Below, piece by piece: positions 50,266 to 64,000 of a DNA stretch of 64,000 bases. Position 1 is the stretch's first letter, and each line of letters starts with the position of its first letter. The stretch covers positions 42,346,001 through 42,410,000 of the forward strand of contig OZ287756.1 of assembly GCA_965649765.1 (NCBI GenBank). Direction: 5' to 3'. Both the position numbers and the translations under genes were made by a program. The DNA is from Bispira polyomma. Lineage: Eukaryota. The notes beneath the pieces were generated by a model. That model was not told the origin of the DNA. It did not search any database and worked only from the letters and a program-made list of their open reading frames with translations.

Positions 50266-53200
50266 CACTGCAGACTTTAAGCAGCATCCCTCTCCCCCCT
50301 TTAGCCGCCCACCTCAGTGTATAGCGCCTGTTAAAGCTCTCTCTCCCTGATGAATGTTAACTACAGTTAATTAGACTGGTTTCCTGTTGCTTGTTATACT
50401 TTTATGATCTACTCTGCCTGGTTTCCTAAATATTTATTATGACTGCTGCCAGGAGTCTGACCCTGCATACTGCTCACATAAAGCTAATTTCCTAGTTCTC
50501 CTTTTATTTGTGGCCTTTTTCCACTTATGTGTCTTACCAGTCATTACAATTTCCAGAGCACAAGAGGTCTTTGCTCTGTACCAGTTTGTAAAAAAAAAAT
50601 ATGTCAGCTGTAAAAAAATCTAAAAATAAAATAATAGCCAGCTACTATCGAAATGTAAAGTATATCTAAGATACATTTCATATGCATTGAAGAATAAATG
50701 GTTAGTAGTAAATTACAGGTATACCATGACATGCAAAGTATTCAATGTTATGACTTTGCCTTACAATGGTTAAGTTTTTACCAATAGCAGTGATTTGTTT
50801 CATTGTTTGATATACTTTATTATTTTGGTGCTATATAAATTTTCCTATAATAATTATAAATCAACAAAGGTCTGCTAGATTTTAAGTTTAATCAAAAAAA
50901 TATATATTCACGTAACATAAGTATATATAATGATCTCATAAAGCTGGAACAAATACAGTTGAACTTCACAGGACCTGGAACAATATCTCTACTTAACAAG
51001 GATTTCCACTTAACAGTGCATCATGTTCAAGAGAATGCTTTTGTTGTACTACAAAGTTAAGCAACAAAAAGTTTAAAGGTGTTTTACCTGTATAAGTATT
51101 TAGACATCTGAGAAAATGGAATAGCTCAGACTTCTTCCTTATAACATTTTAAACGGACAGAGCTCAATGTATCAGTATTTACTTGTAGTCAGTCCTTTAT
51201 ATGGATCTTACCATTTGACACTTTAAAAAAATCAATTACAATTTCACCCAACAAAATTTCCCGTTTCTAAGTGTTAACATCAGGGACTTCTTATGTACAT
51301 ATTAAAAAGACCCCTTACAGTACCAGCATTCAGAAGTATTGGCAGAGTTATTCCTCAATCCCTGACTAATGAGTCATTCGAGATGTTGGTCATGTCACTA
51401 AATAAATGGGTTAATTTGACCCTAGTCAGCCCTCAACAGCCAACGTTTACATCACCAAATGGCTGCAGAGTTGGGGGTTTTTAGTCTCAAACTCTTACAG
51501 TCTTGCAAGCAGTAGCGTGGGATTCAAATGGATCTGTATGTCAAAAGTAAAGCCAAATTATTCAGATGCCACAGTAACCAGAAAAAAAGTAAATTTTACC
51601 ACAACAGCTTTGTGACCATATTCAGAGACATTCTTAGTTTTTAACTAATCAGATTCTCTGAACCAATATTTTCAGCCGATCAAATTAATTTCAAACAAAA
51701 ATTTAAGAATAACAAATCTTGTGAATACCAGCCCAGCTTTAGCTTATGACTGTCTTATGTAAGATACACTAACAAAGACGAAGTCTGTTCAAACTGTTTT
51801 ATCAGAGTACCAGAGTTGTTGTAGAATCCTGTGTTCTTTAACAAAAACTAATGTCTCTTGAATTTGGCCAATAACAGGCAAAGTTGAGTGCATCTTTGTC
51901 AGTTTCAAATTGGTTCAAAGTTGCTATCATACGTTTTACTCTATACGTATTTCGTTGGTGGAATTTTTCACTAACTTGCTGTTCTCTAATGACCTCCAGT
52001 AGCTGAACAACTAATAAACAGCCATTTTAGTTTTGTTAGCTGTAAGAATTCTACAACTTGTACTGTAACACACCACCGCAGCTTTTCAATGTGAAGGAAG
52101 CAAGGGGCACTATAGTAGAGATTAGGTGAATATAATAAATTGAAAAGAATAACATAGACGTGGAAAAAGGCTAGTTGTACATCAGAGATGTCTTTTGGTG
52201 TGAATCCATTTAATATATAACATAATCAGGACAAACAGGCAACTGCTACTTTAATTGCACAGCCTAAGAGTATTTATATTTGGTTGGCACATTAATAGAA
52301 GTACCCTAACTCTTTGATTCCCTCTTAGAACTGTTGGAAAACAAAATCTCTTTTGTTTTGACCTATACCATCAGCAAAAGATTTATGCCAAATGTACTTA
52401 GCTTATATCTTCTGGTAAATTTGTTTAGTCCAGTTTGTGTGTTTACATGGCATTTTATCATCCCATATAATCATGGAACAACAAAGTATGCAGTCTGAAT
52501 AGTTTCAGACAGAAAGAGAGAAATGTGTTTACTTTGATAAAAAGGACCCAGGACAGATACACAGTGGGCGAAGCCAATTGGTACTTTGCTCTCATCGCAT
52601 GTAACTGATAGTCTCCATTTATATGTATGTATTTGTTACAAACCAACTACAACAAAGAGTGGCATCTGACGTTTAAACTTTGGTCATTCTGCGATAGCCA
52701 TGACTAGAATGGCTGATACCAATCGCCTTCAGCCAATGCCTTTGATGATCACTTGCAATGAACAACTGGAACATATCCCCAATAGTAGCTTAAATGTTCA
52801 TCTTTAACTCAACTGTTTCCATCTAATCTAAGCTAGTAGTCTTTATGAGCTCAATCTTGTGGTACACCCAATCTGAATAAAAAGTGGAAAAAAGGACCAA
52901 AATATCGTGCTAATTTGTCCAAATGGCTACTGTACGGAGGAATGTATCATTTCTCTGAGGTAAACTGGTCGGCCAACATTTGTTGTTTTGTAGCTCAGGG
53001 AGTGCATATTAAAGAAAGGATTGTACACCTAACAGATAACCATTGCATTTTCTTTAGGTGGGGACTAATGTGAGCAAAACAAGGGGTCTCAGTAACTATT
53101 CGGCATGTTAGCAAAACAAGAAGCATTATGGGCAGCTCTCACTTTCACGTTGGCCTTGCGATTTTGGTTGTGTACCCCTTGGCATAAAAATGTCTATTCA

Positions 53201-53610
53201 TCGGCAAAGAAATTTACTTTTGAGTTGCGGTCAGCTTTCTTAATATGGTCATACTGTGTATGAGCTAGATTGTAACACAATCATCACATGTTGGATTCAA
53301 AGCTACACAACCCTGCAATTTATGAGTGTGTCTATAAGTATCCTTTGAGGTTTATGTCCCGCTGGGCAACCGAATAAGAGTGCGTATATTGCGAAACGAT
53401 CATTGAGGGTATGCCAGACCTATGTTGTTCGAGCATTGCGAAGCTTGATCATATTAGGCATATATTGTACGTACCTTCTATATGTTAAATCCTATTTGCA
53501 AATCAGAAGGGTTTTGGCCAGGATCTCGACATATCCTGAGATATAGTTGTAGCCCCACATTAGTGAATATTCGGCAATTGGAGTCTAACATCCTATAGGA
53601 AACTAAGTTA

Positions 53611-53803
53611 AGTACTTGTAGCTCAGTACTTAACTGCATGAATATAGGCTTTAGTACTGTAACTGTAGTTCAGTGCTTGACAGCATAGATGTAGGTTTTA
53701 GTACAGTAACTGTAGTTCAGTGCTTGACAGCATAGATGTAGGTTTTAGTACAGTAACTGTAGTTCAGTGCTTAACAGGATAGATATAGGTTTTAGTACAG
53801 TAA
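53611..53803. repeat. 47-bp minisatellite x~4
   Basis: AGTACAGTAACTGTAGTTCAGTGCTTGACAGCATAGATGTAGGTTTT with a 47-bp period. Confidence 0.95.
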
Positions 53804-56800
53804 ATGTTGTCGTCCATGAACAAATCTGGGCCATCCAGACACAAGCTAAAATAGTTAGTGATGCAACATCGAAAAATATTCATACTGATGCTATCTATCT
53901 AGGCCAGACTGTGATGAAGAAATAATAGAGATATCCGTTGTATTACTGAGTTTTTATATTTTAAAAATTCAACCTGAAACAACCACACAATGAACTACCA
54001 CTATATTATCTATCAATAGCATTGTCTTTGTGTAATATCTGTAAATGGTGTTTGCTGCCTTTACCAGGTGTTTAAGCTTTGGCTTTAAGCTTTGGCTAAT
54101 TCACTCATTTTGGAATTCTTTATCTTTACATATTAGATCCTGTCCCTCTGTGACCTCTTTCAGAAAGCACGTCAAAAGTCACAGATTTGCATTAGCCTAC
54201 CCCATTTAACTATTTCCCTGTATTCACAGTTACATCTACCTGAATTACTCACCCGTAAAATGTCCCTCAATTTTCGATATTTGAAGAAGATATTTCTCCT
54301 GTAAAGACTTGGATTTAGATTTTTAACACATGACAGCAGTTTTCTCAGGGTGGTTAAATGTTATGTATTGGGTTAACTTTCTGTATTGATGTTTTATACA
54401 GGTTAAAACAAATACAATAACATTACAAATACCATTACACAAAACAGTATGAAACGTACAGTACAATAATCATTATAACCGAACACATAAAAGTATTAAC
54501 AGCAATTTTTGTATTAGTAGTGCATTACCGGTAGATACTCTGACAATTTTCACCATTTTAAAGTAAAAGAGACAACCCAGTCCATATAGAGTTATCAGTA
54601 TTTATTGCAGTGAAATCCATTTTCAAAACATTTTTTTAAAATTTGTCCATATCTCCCCTTGTATTGCAGAGAACTTCTTTTTAAAATCTTACTACATGTT
54701 ACTTTTGCAAGTAGTTGCAGTTTTTACATTGTTTATATATGATGTAACTGTTTTACAACTGTTTGAGTACTAATATCTATCATCCTCTTAACTCAAGGTC
54801 TTTTAGCAGGTCCTATGTATTGACTTAACTAATATTGATCATGTTTTGCAATTTGTAAATGTCAAACACCATTTTATCTATACATTTAGCCAGTTGTTTG
54901 TGTATTACTAAAATTATTTCATTTGTTCATTCTGAATCTTTGATCTCTTGAAAGGAATTTGTAAAATAGACCTAGTAACAAAACTGAACAACTTACTCCT
55001 AAAAAGTCACTGTTCCCTAAAATATTCAGTACAAATCATACCCCACTAATTATTTTCGGAATTTAAGTTTCATAAGATGCTACTAAGGGTCTACTAATCA
55101 GATAATACAAAATATCTAATGTTCTCAAGTAAGTAAGCCTACGCTTTCATGTTCCAGACATATATTGGCTGACGTCAGCCGACATCGGTCAAGTTTGTTT
55201 ATCCCAATATTTACAGTGTAGCTACTTTTATGTGACAGATGAGATCACATCCTGGCAGAAGCTTTAGATTTGGTCAGGGAGCCAAATCTGGCTAATATTT
55301 TTTAGTGTTTTTGTGCAATTTTCAAAACGTGATTCCAATGAATTGAAGCATAAATTAGCCAATGTTTCACAAAAATCTTCATTATAACATCGGCTGACAT
55401 TGGGATCGTAGAAAGCCTAGGCTTGTGTGGTTAAGGAGTTGGTCTAATCTTGAGAAGGTCTTGGGTTCTATTCCTGGTACCAGCTGCTAGTTTCCTTGGG
55501 AAAGATGTGTACAGACATTTGCCAAGTGTCTCGGATGACCATTTAAAATGGCAAGCCTCTGTCACTGGGTGAAAGGCTAAAGAACCTTGGGGACATTCAT
55601 AAATGGTCATACTCAAGCCTCTTTCTTCATTTGGGGGAATGATAGTAACTGATGCAGTTGACTGTTACAAGTCAGTAAAAGGTTAATTAGTGCTCTGAAT
55701 ACCAGATGAAGGTAGATATATGCGCGGCGTATAAATCTGAATACAAAAACAATACAAATAGGCTTATTGTAGGTATGTGAATCAACAAAGTAATTCAAGC
55801 TCTAATTGCTGATTACTTTAATTTATCTGGTACAACATTGTTTGTTGGGTTTTCAACAAATGGCTTGCTTAGTTATAGTAACTTGTAGTATTTAGCAACA
55901 TTGACATCAGATGGTAGAAATTGCATAACTGTTACTATTCATAGGTTAATTCAGGCATATTCGCTTGTTTCAGTAAGATATGACAATACCTGCTCAAGTT
56001 TGTAAGTTTCCCCTTATCCTATAACTACAAAACAAATTAGTTTAATGTAAAAATACTATGTAATTTCCCTTGAGTTAAGAAAAGTAACGACTCATTCCAG
56101 ACTGATGTCCATCATTTCCTATTATACTAAGGATTCAATGATTCAAATTAGTCTTTGAATAAAACCAATCTTTCTCAGACAAATTACCATAAAAACTGAC
56201 ATGATGATTTTCCAGTTAGTTATCAATGTTATTGGAAGCTTGTGGGCAATTGAAATTTGACCAAACCCAGCCATAAATACTTAAACCTTGTCTTAACAAA
56301 GAATATTTTAGTTCAAATTCATAGAAAACTGACACCAATAAAATAATCTGGTCTATATATGAAGACACATTTTTCTAGGTACATAAATAGAAAAATGGAT
56401 GATGTAATACCCCACAAGTTCAACAAAAAATCTAGGATGAAACTTAGACAAAAACTGATGTCCTTCCTATTGATTACTTGTCAATGTATGTCCCCAATGG
56501 CTTTAGAAACCCACTGAATTGTATATATGCAAAGCTAGCCGAGTTATCTCTGGTGACTAGGAATAAGAAAGTGGGGCTTATTTTTTCTGAGAAAGGGAAA
56601 ACCATAAACACCGATAGATCTTTACGGAAACAGTCCCAAGAACAAGCCGGTCCCAATGAACAGTCACCATAAAAAAGATAAAATAACCTTTCTTGGGCTC
56701 TGTATGAACTGCTTATAGTTTCAATGCTTTTTAACTTTTATACATGCCACATGATACAGCCTCAATTAATCTTTGATGAATTGTATTGTTGGATTGGAAT

Positions 56801-59719
56801 ATTACTGATAATTATACTAGTTTGTAAGTTTGTAAATTAGTTTGAAATACATCAAAATATTTCAACAATAGTGTTTCATTTTAAATATAATGTGTGGTGG
56901 TATTCATTCATTGGGATTAAGAAATTATAAAAAGGTTCAGTTAAAAAAACTCCATTGCTCATTAGTTATCTATAATTACTCCTGTATTCCTGATAATAAT
57001 GCCAAAAATATGCTTAAATTTGGAATTTCTCAATTTCAGATTTATTGCAATTTGAGGTTCATGTTTCTCTTGGTGTTACTTCGAGCCTTGTATAGTGCAT
57101 ATAACTTTTGACTAAGAGTCACTATTCAGCCATAATATCTTTGATTTACAGTGTGGATCCTAGCCTGTGGCGACCAGGTACAGGCCAATACATAGTGGCT
57201 TAGATTAGCACTTCAAAATGCTAATGCTTTTTTACTGGGTCCCAGTCACAGTGGTAGACTAAAGGACTTTGGTCATATCGATAAATTATGTCATCCTCAA
57301 GCATCTCTCTTCAGTTAGGGGAATGACAGTTACTGATGCAGGATGACTGTACTTGTCCAATCAAGAAAAGGTCAATGGCACTTAAGAACACCAGATAATC
57401 ATAGATAAATGCATAGAATATGAAGATACAAACACTGAAAAAAATGTAAATTTAGGATATTGAAAGTTGGATCATGAAGTCAAATATTCAATTATTAAAG
57501 GTTTGAAATATAGAAGCTCTAGTGTTACATAGAATCTACATAAATATTACAGTCTGGCAAAGGCTACCATGCAGTCTGATAAATTCTGTATTGATTTTTC
57601 CACTCCACCCAACTTGGTGGAGCAATGACACTGTCCAAATTGGAGGAAACCAGAAGTAAACTGCCTGATCGATCAGTTGATCCGTCAACCTCACTTCCTA
57701 CATAACCAAACTGAGATCCATCTTCTGTAAAATTCAAAATATGTAAACCAAGTATTTTTAAATCGGTATTTAAAATGGCACTTTTAATAACTACGTCTTA
57801 TATTACGTCAGACAGTTGTCCTAGTTGTGAAGGAAACCAGTTCAGGTTAGTGGGTCAAGATTTTCAAAACTGCAAACCACCTGCTTTCAGCAAGTCATCT
57901 GTCAACTTGTCCCACATACATAAAGGGGTCCATGAATTGGTAGGGGTGGAAGATAGTCGACAAGAGGGTTAGCCCTCTGACCACATAGACCCCTGAAATG
58001 ATGCATGATGCAATACGGTGCATCGCTCTTCACATGTGGTTACATCTTACTGTTCAAACGATACAATGAATTGAAATATATATACATATTTTTGACTAAA
58101 CTCGGGTTATAATATCGAGGTTAATGACATCATTTGGCTCAGGTTTGGATTGTTTTGTTTTTTTGCTTCAATGCTACAGCTCTATATGTGAACATTGTAG
58201 TTTGATTGCTTCATCAGTTTGCAATGGATGCCTACCAATGAATGTCCAGATAGACGACACATGTAGGTGCAGCTTTTAAAACTATATATTAATGCTTACA
58301 TATAGCAACTTCCAGTTTTTATCAGGCTCCGCCTGATATTGTTTTCATTCTCAAAAGGGCATAGCCATTAAAAAGGATGCCGCCAACTTAGAAATAATAT
58401 GTAAGTCCTTCATGGATTGGTTGGAAGTGATCGACAGGTCTAAACTGAGGGATATCAGATTTGCGTATATAGAGTATATAGCGGCCATATCAACATTAGT
58501 GCATTTTACAATGTTTACATGCGTGTTTTTTTATAAGACAACTGTTGTTTGGCCACTCATCGTTTGTCTTGTGAAAAGAACCATTAAGCATTGAGCAGTT
58601 CCTCAGTCATGAAGTGGTACCTTCTTGGTAAATAGAATTTAAAAAAATTAAGTAAACATGGTTTCCAGTGAATTAAGTTTAATTGTTGAGGATATTTTAT
58701 TGTAGCTAAAAGTAAAAAAATAACAATTTTCAAGAATATTTTCATGACATCTCACAGGATTATGACAACCTGTGTACTACTGTATGATTTGTATGTTTGC
58801 AGACAGTTCCAGATGTACACCAAAGTAAATGAACATGTGATTTGAACCCCATGTGAAAATCACATGGAAACAAAATTGATCACGGCAGCTCAAATTGAGT
58901 ACTTACTGCCGATTTGAAACTGATTATGAATCAGAATATTATTTAACAGCAAATTTGCCAAGGTATCAGCGATCACTTGTGGCTTAGTTTAGAGCAGGGG
59001 TTTTACCACTTAGAATTGAAACAGGCAGATTTAACATAAGTAATGACACAGTTTCAGGTAGCCTCAGTCGTTTAAAAGCAGAAAAAATAATATGTCAGTT
59101 ATGTAATTTACAAGCTGTCGAGAATGAATTTTATTTTTTCATGGTATATCCCTTGTATAATGATTTGAGACAAAATCTTTTTAGTATCATATCTTTTACA
59201 TCTACTACATTTGTAAATATGACTGATGATGATCAATTTGAAAACAAATATTCATAATTGTTACAAACAGCTATTAAAATACCTAATTTGTTCTTAGAAA
59301 AAGTGAAAATCGATTCTATTTAATTAATTAGTATCTTGGTATTCCGATTATCAAAGTTATAGCGTTTTGTATTTTGTAGTTGTTGTTTTTTAAATACTGT
59401 TGTCTTTACACTACTTGTGAAATAGTGACATAAAGGCATGTTTGGGACTGGGTACATCTTTGGTTTGAATTTTTAATATATGCTATTACATTTCACTATA
59501 ATAAATATACTATCTATCTATCCACAACGTAGTGACTGACTGTAGTGATAGCCTTATTACAACAATATTGAGTTAGTTGTTGGAACTATATTTATGGGAA
59601 AGAGCAGGGAGAGGTTTTCTTTTCTATTTACAATTTCGTGATTTGTAAAGTTCTCTCTACAAGGTTTCGTATCTCATATAGGATCAACGGAAGTATAGTT
59701 TGTAAAATATCAAGACTAA

Positions 59720-59805
59720 TACAGTCAAACCCCTTCAAGTAGAACTCTGATAAGTGGAATTACCTGTTAAGTACAAGTTATTTGATGTAATAGGGGTTTA
59801 CTGTG
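59720..59805. mobile_element. Small Tc1/mariner(pogo)-type MITE remnant (relatives at about 49575-49745, 49812-49985, 60318-60501)
   Basis: TA-CAGTCAAACCCC ... GGGGTTTACTG termini. The relatives share ATCCGAAC/TTGGATAA subterminal motifs. Confidence 0.45.
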
Positions 59806-62301
59806 TAAACTTTAGTGTCAAGTAAGAGTACACAAAACAAGTGCAGTATAGGTCTACTGTGTAAACTTAAGTGTCAGGTAAAAGGTCACAATAGAAGTGC
59901 AATAAAGGAACAATAGTGTGTGTAATATACAGCATTTTGTTTGCAAAAAGCGCCAACTGCTTCGTAAGAAATATATTTTTAAGATACTATTTTATTACAT
60001 ATATACAGTCGTTAGTAAATAACTAAATACTATAATGTTATTTGGGCTTTACAATGTATTAAGAGGAGACATCGAGGCTTTTGTGGTATTAGTTCTAAAT
60101 TATGTGTAATAGTTACAGTTGACTCAGTGTTAATTAATGATAATTATTTATATGGAACTAATTGGTATTATAAATATTGATGTATCAATAATGTATCAAT
60201 AATCAGATAGAATTAGTGTGAAAGTGGTTAGTTATTGCTGTCAAGAAAACAATTGATCTGGTAAATAACAATTGTTAAGTTTTTCATTATTGTAAGGTAT
60301 CCTATATATAGAACTTAATACAGTGCAACTTTTATTTATCCGAACATGTTGGGAGAGTAAGGTTTGGATAACAGAAGGTTGATAAAACAGAAGAGGTATT
60401 TCAGTACAACACTATAGGTTAACCTAAATATGGGAGATTGAAAATGAGTTCATTAAATTGAATATTAAAAAACACAAGTTTGGATGATAGAGGCTCTCCT
60501 GAAGTCACGCAATGGAAACTCTGCATCACTTGATAGTATTTATTGTACTCCAGTTAATGTGTAACTTCAAATGTAAATTGTCTGTTTAGATTATTAAGAC
60601 TGTTATTAGCCTGCTATAAGCCTATTGAGAGTATTACTACTGTACACAATACCACTGTAGTTAGACTTAACATGAGCAATAACCCTCTTCTTGTTCTCTT
60701 GATTCTCTCAATAAATCCCCTCCTACTACTGAGCCATGAAGTGTATGTGGGGGGGGGGAGTAAATGAGAGGGGGGGAACTCATAGGGGGTGTGAATAAAT
60801 AAATAGTTGTTGACGCTCAGACAACTGACAATAAATCCCCATAGTTTGATTCCTCATCAGTTCTGTAACTTAAGCTGGTACCCTGATAGATCTATAGTTT
60901 GCTATGGTCAAAACAAAAAGCCTTCTTACACACAGACAGTTTGTAGCAACTCTCTCAGTTGGGAAACCAGCCGAAGAATCCAATAGCTTGAACTGCTCAT
61001 CCCTTATTGGTAAATCTCTGGGTGTGGAGATTGCTTGCTGAGTATGTGTATAGCAACACTGGAAGCTACACTCTGTCTCTGGCAAACTACTGCAATAGAT
61101 TGGCTCAAAGAATTTTTTTATTTAAATAAAAAAAGTGTGCTAACAAAATTTTTCGTAAGCTGGTATATTGTCATTTTCTCCTGCAGAAGTGGGATATACC
61201 ATCAGCATAATATACAAGGAATATCTTTTACAGGAGGATATATATAATGTGACTCTGATTATTCAGTGAAATTAATTAAAATGGATAGAAATATTTTCTC
61301 TCTCCACAGAGAGTGGCAGATACATAGAGTGCGTGTAACAATCATGGGATAGACTGTCTCACCATTCAGGATACAGAATTGTTTGCAATGAATATAGAGT
61401 CAGAGGTTTAAAGGAATTTTGTTTCTTTGTGTGAGTTAAGGTCAGTCAAAGGTGTATAATATGTCGGCTGATTGAAGTAATATATAATAGATATAATATA
61501 ATAGATATTATGAAGATGTAATGGATGTTAGAAAATCTTTGTGGTGAGAATATTTTTGTTTGGGTTTTTTTCAAGAAGAAAACAAAGCACTGTTATGCCA
61601 TCTTACAAATGAATAAATTAGTACGGTGAACCTAATTTTAAAATGAGAGAAAAAAATACCTGAAAACGAATAGAATTGAAAAGACATTTACGTCATACTG
61701 CATTGATCATATATTTGTCAAACGAATATTTGCTTCATACACAATATGTATGCATTAAGAGACTGTATATGTGGGACATACACTACTAATGATTGGAAAC
61801 TGCTTTGTAACAATTTTTTTTATTAATATTTACTAGGACATCAATAGAGATTTGATTCCTCCTATTCGACATCTCAAATGACAATCATTAAGTTTACCCA
61901 AGTTGGCTTATTCTCTCTCTATGTGTGTGTGTGGTTTTATATGCAAGGATCTAATTTCCAGTCCAATTTCTGCTATTTTATCAAGGCCCGTCCTTCTATG
62001 TGCAAAGAGGGTAACAAGCCACACAATGAGGACAACATGAAGCAGAGGCTTTTTTTCTTGAATTTACCAATAAACAGGAGCTTTTTTTTCATCCGTTAAG
62101 CAGTGTATATTTGCGGCGGTTTTGTTCCCCTTCTTTCAATGTGTAAAGATTGATTTAATCCGGAGAGTTTGGCAAATACCTGGGCGCCATGTCAGTCAGG
62201 TTAATCATTTAATAATCGGTGGTGCTGCCCCAGTAATGCCAGTACTCATGCTTTTGTGGGGTAACAACACTCCTAGTAGAAGGTCATCATTTCTATCACA
62301 G

Positions 62302-62776
62302 CCCTCTCTTTATGGAAGTAATAGCACACTACATAGCATCTACAATGAACGTACCAGGATGTCCAGTGTGTCGGAATCCGAGAAGGAGTCTCCCACAGTT
62401 GGGCAGCCCAGAACACCGCTACCCCAACAACAGCGTTATCAGCTGCCTAGCAAGCCCAAGTCACGGAGTATGTCTAATGTTGGAGTGGTGCATTGTGGGA
62501 AGAGGAAGTGCAGCGACTGCACTCCCACCTTGTCTCTGAGGTCTCTTCTCTCACCCAAACAGAATGGAGTACGTCGCTACAGCACCGCGGATACTTCCCT
62601 GGGGGGACGGAGTCACAGCACCATTCAGAGACACTCCAGGAAGTCGAGTATCTCCCCGGCAACCACCCCAACCTCACCCAGAACAAGGAACAGCCTCTCC
62701 CCACCCCCCATGGGCTTCTGTGGGAGTCACGTGAGGAGTAGCACTGACTTAGGGCGAGGCCTATGTGTGCCAGCAG
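62302..62776 (+). CDS. Ser/Pro/Arg-rich coding exon of the host gene (could instead start at ATG 62236 or 62248)
   Basis: GC-rich part of ORF 62122-62796. Acceptor TTTCTATCACAG| (AG at 62300-62301, phase 0) and donor GCAG|GTGGGG (GT at 62777, phase 1). Confidence 0.7.
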
Positions 62777-63492
62777 GTGGGGAAAAACACTCATAAACAG
62801 TATTAATCATGTAGTATTGCAGTAAATATCGACATTTTTGTGAATTATTTAGGTTTAAGTCTTCCTTCAAAATAATACCATTCTCTGGTCTTGTGGGGTT
62901 TTTTTTTCTAAAACTCTGAATTTATGTTGAAAATTTTATATCTCATTTTCAAGATTTTATTTTAATTATTAGGAAAGTAGTATATAAGTCATTCTCTGGT
63001 GGTTCTCTGATGCAATATAGCTTTAAGTTAATAAGAAATAAAACAAGTGATCAGTAGAATCATTGGAGTTAATATTTAGATATAACATTCATTCCAAAAG
63101 AAATTAATATCAATTAAAATAATTATTGGAAATAAAAGACACCATTTAATATGACATGAGCCAGGAGCCGGTTATCTAAATTTACCAAATGTTAGTATTT
63201 ATAAGCTGTATGTGCTTGTATAGCATATTTTTGTAAATATGATTTCAGCACAGCAGTGACAAAAATAATAGAACCCTCAATAAACAGGTTAATCGGTAAA
63301 AAAAAAACAATAGAAAAGTTTTACAAGAAGGAAACATGAGATTTGAAAGTAGTTGTTAGTGTTGTAAGTTACTGAAAAGACAGACAACTGGTTATCCATT
63401 AGGTTACTTATAACTCACCACAAGTACTTGTAAAGCTATGTCTTCTATTTACTGCAATACTGTGACTGATTGGTACTCTTTATGCCCAACAG

Positions 63493-64000
63493 ATAACATG
63501 ACTGCCAGTGTCAGTGCGGATATTTTCCCTATGTTTCCCCTTGAACGTTGCAACAACAATGTCAGTAAGAGTTTCCTCTTGTCAAATGGTGACATAAGCA
63601 TTGCCGTACCTGAAATTATTGTGAAGCGCGATAACGAGCACCAACATGACGCAGAGCAGACAAGTGATAATGGTAATAAACCTAGTGATAATAACAGCCA
63701 GAAATTTGCAGTCTCTAGATCTGTCTCAAAACGGGATCTGGCATCTCCGACAGCTGGCCAGTTATTGTTTCCTGCTAATGCAGAGGGACACCAGAGTGAG
63801 TCTGGATACAATACATTAATTACGCCCAAGCAGCAGCAGCAACCGCATCAGTTCCATCATCATCATGGCTCGATGTTCAGTCTGTACGAGGACAAGAGAA
63901 CTGATAACGAGAGGATCGTCCTGCAACACATGACCAGTGATGTGAGCGAGGAAGGCACCGTCCAGGTCAATCACACCAGGAACGAGCCCAGATTACTGAG
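63493..64000 (+). CDS. Next coding exon of the host gene, running off the window (DNMTASVSADIFPMFPLERC...VPEIIVKRD...QQQQPHQFHHHHGSMFSLYEDKR...EPRLL)
   Basis: About 169 codons with no stop. The acceptor CTCTTTATGCCCAACAG| (AG at 63491-63492) is phase 1, in frame with the donor at 62776. It is missing from the ORF track because it has no stop inside the window. Confidence 0.75.

Noticed and set aside
52440-53600. Possible decayed retroelement ORF
   Set aside because: I found no sustained open frame and no convincing motif. It needs a translated profile search.
63600-63650. Possible SK/KCNN potassium channel N-terminus (VPEIIVKRDNEHQH recalls a PEIVIS-type motif)
   Set aside because: The resemblance is short, from memory and in low-complexity sequence. 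No transmembrane or other diagnostic domain is in the window, so no gene symbol was assigned.
63449-63829. 126-aa - strand ORF
   Set aside because: It is the antisense shadow of the + strand exon at 63493-64000.

Overview
AT-rich animal (probably marine invertebrate) genomic DNA, mostly non-coding and full of repeats, with one 244-N assembly gap. Ser/Arg-rich coding exons of an unidentified + strand host gene lie at both ends (1-204, about 62302-62776, 63493-64000+). Their splice phases are compatible, so most of the window may be one intron of about 62 kb. The main feature is a decayed tyrosine-recombinase (YR) retrotransposon of DIRS/Ngaro type on the - strand (about 3550-8464). It has an intact gag, a pol (RT/RNase H) broken by a frameshift and an in-frame deletion, and a YR gene broken by a stop and a frameshift. 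The element still carries signals for a retrovirus-like, one-promoter/three-protein expression scheme. (i) An A_AAA_AAC slippery site, a 5-nt spacer and a perfect 10-bp GUAA-capped hairpin sit exactly at the gag stop, with pol in the -1 frame. (ii) A consensus phase-1 splice donor inside gag and a phase-1 acceptor just before the YR ORF would fuse Gag(1-165) in frame to the recombinase. Its 3' region holds a ladder of palindromic TAAGGTNACCWTA-like motifs and a 16-bp inverted repeat. Next to it is a SINE-bounded tandem duplication of about 3.2 kb. The rest of the window holds tRNA-derived SINEs (one a composite insertion), L2-like LINE 3' fragments, MITE-like and Helentron-like elements, and minisatellites.
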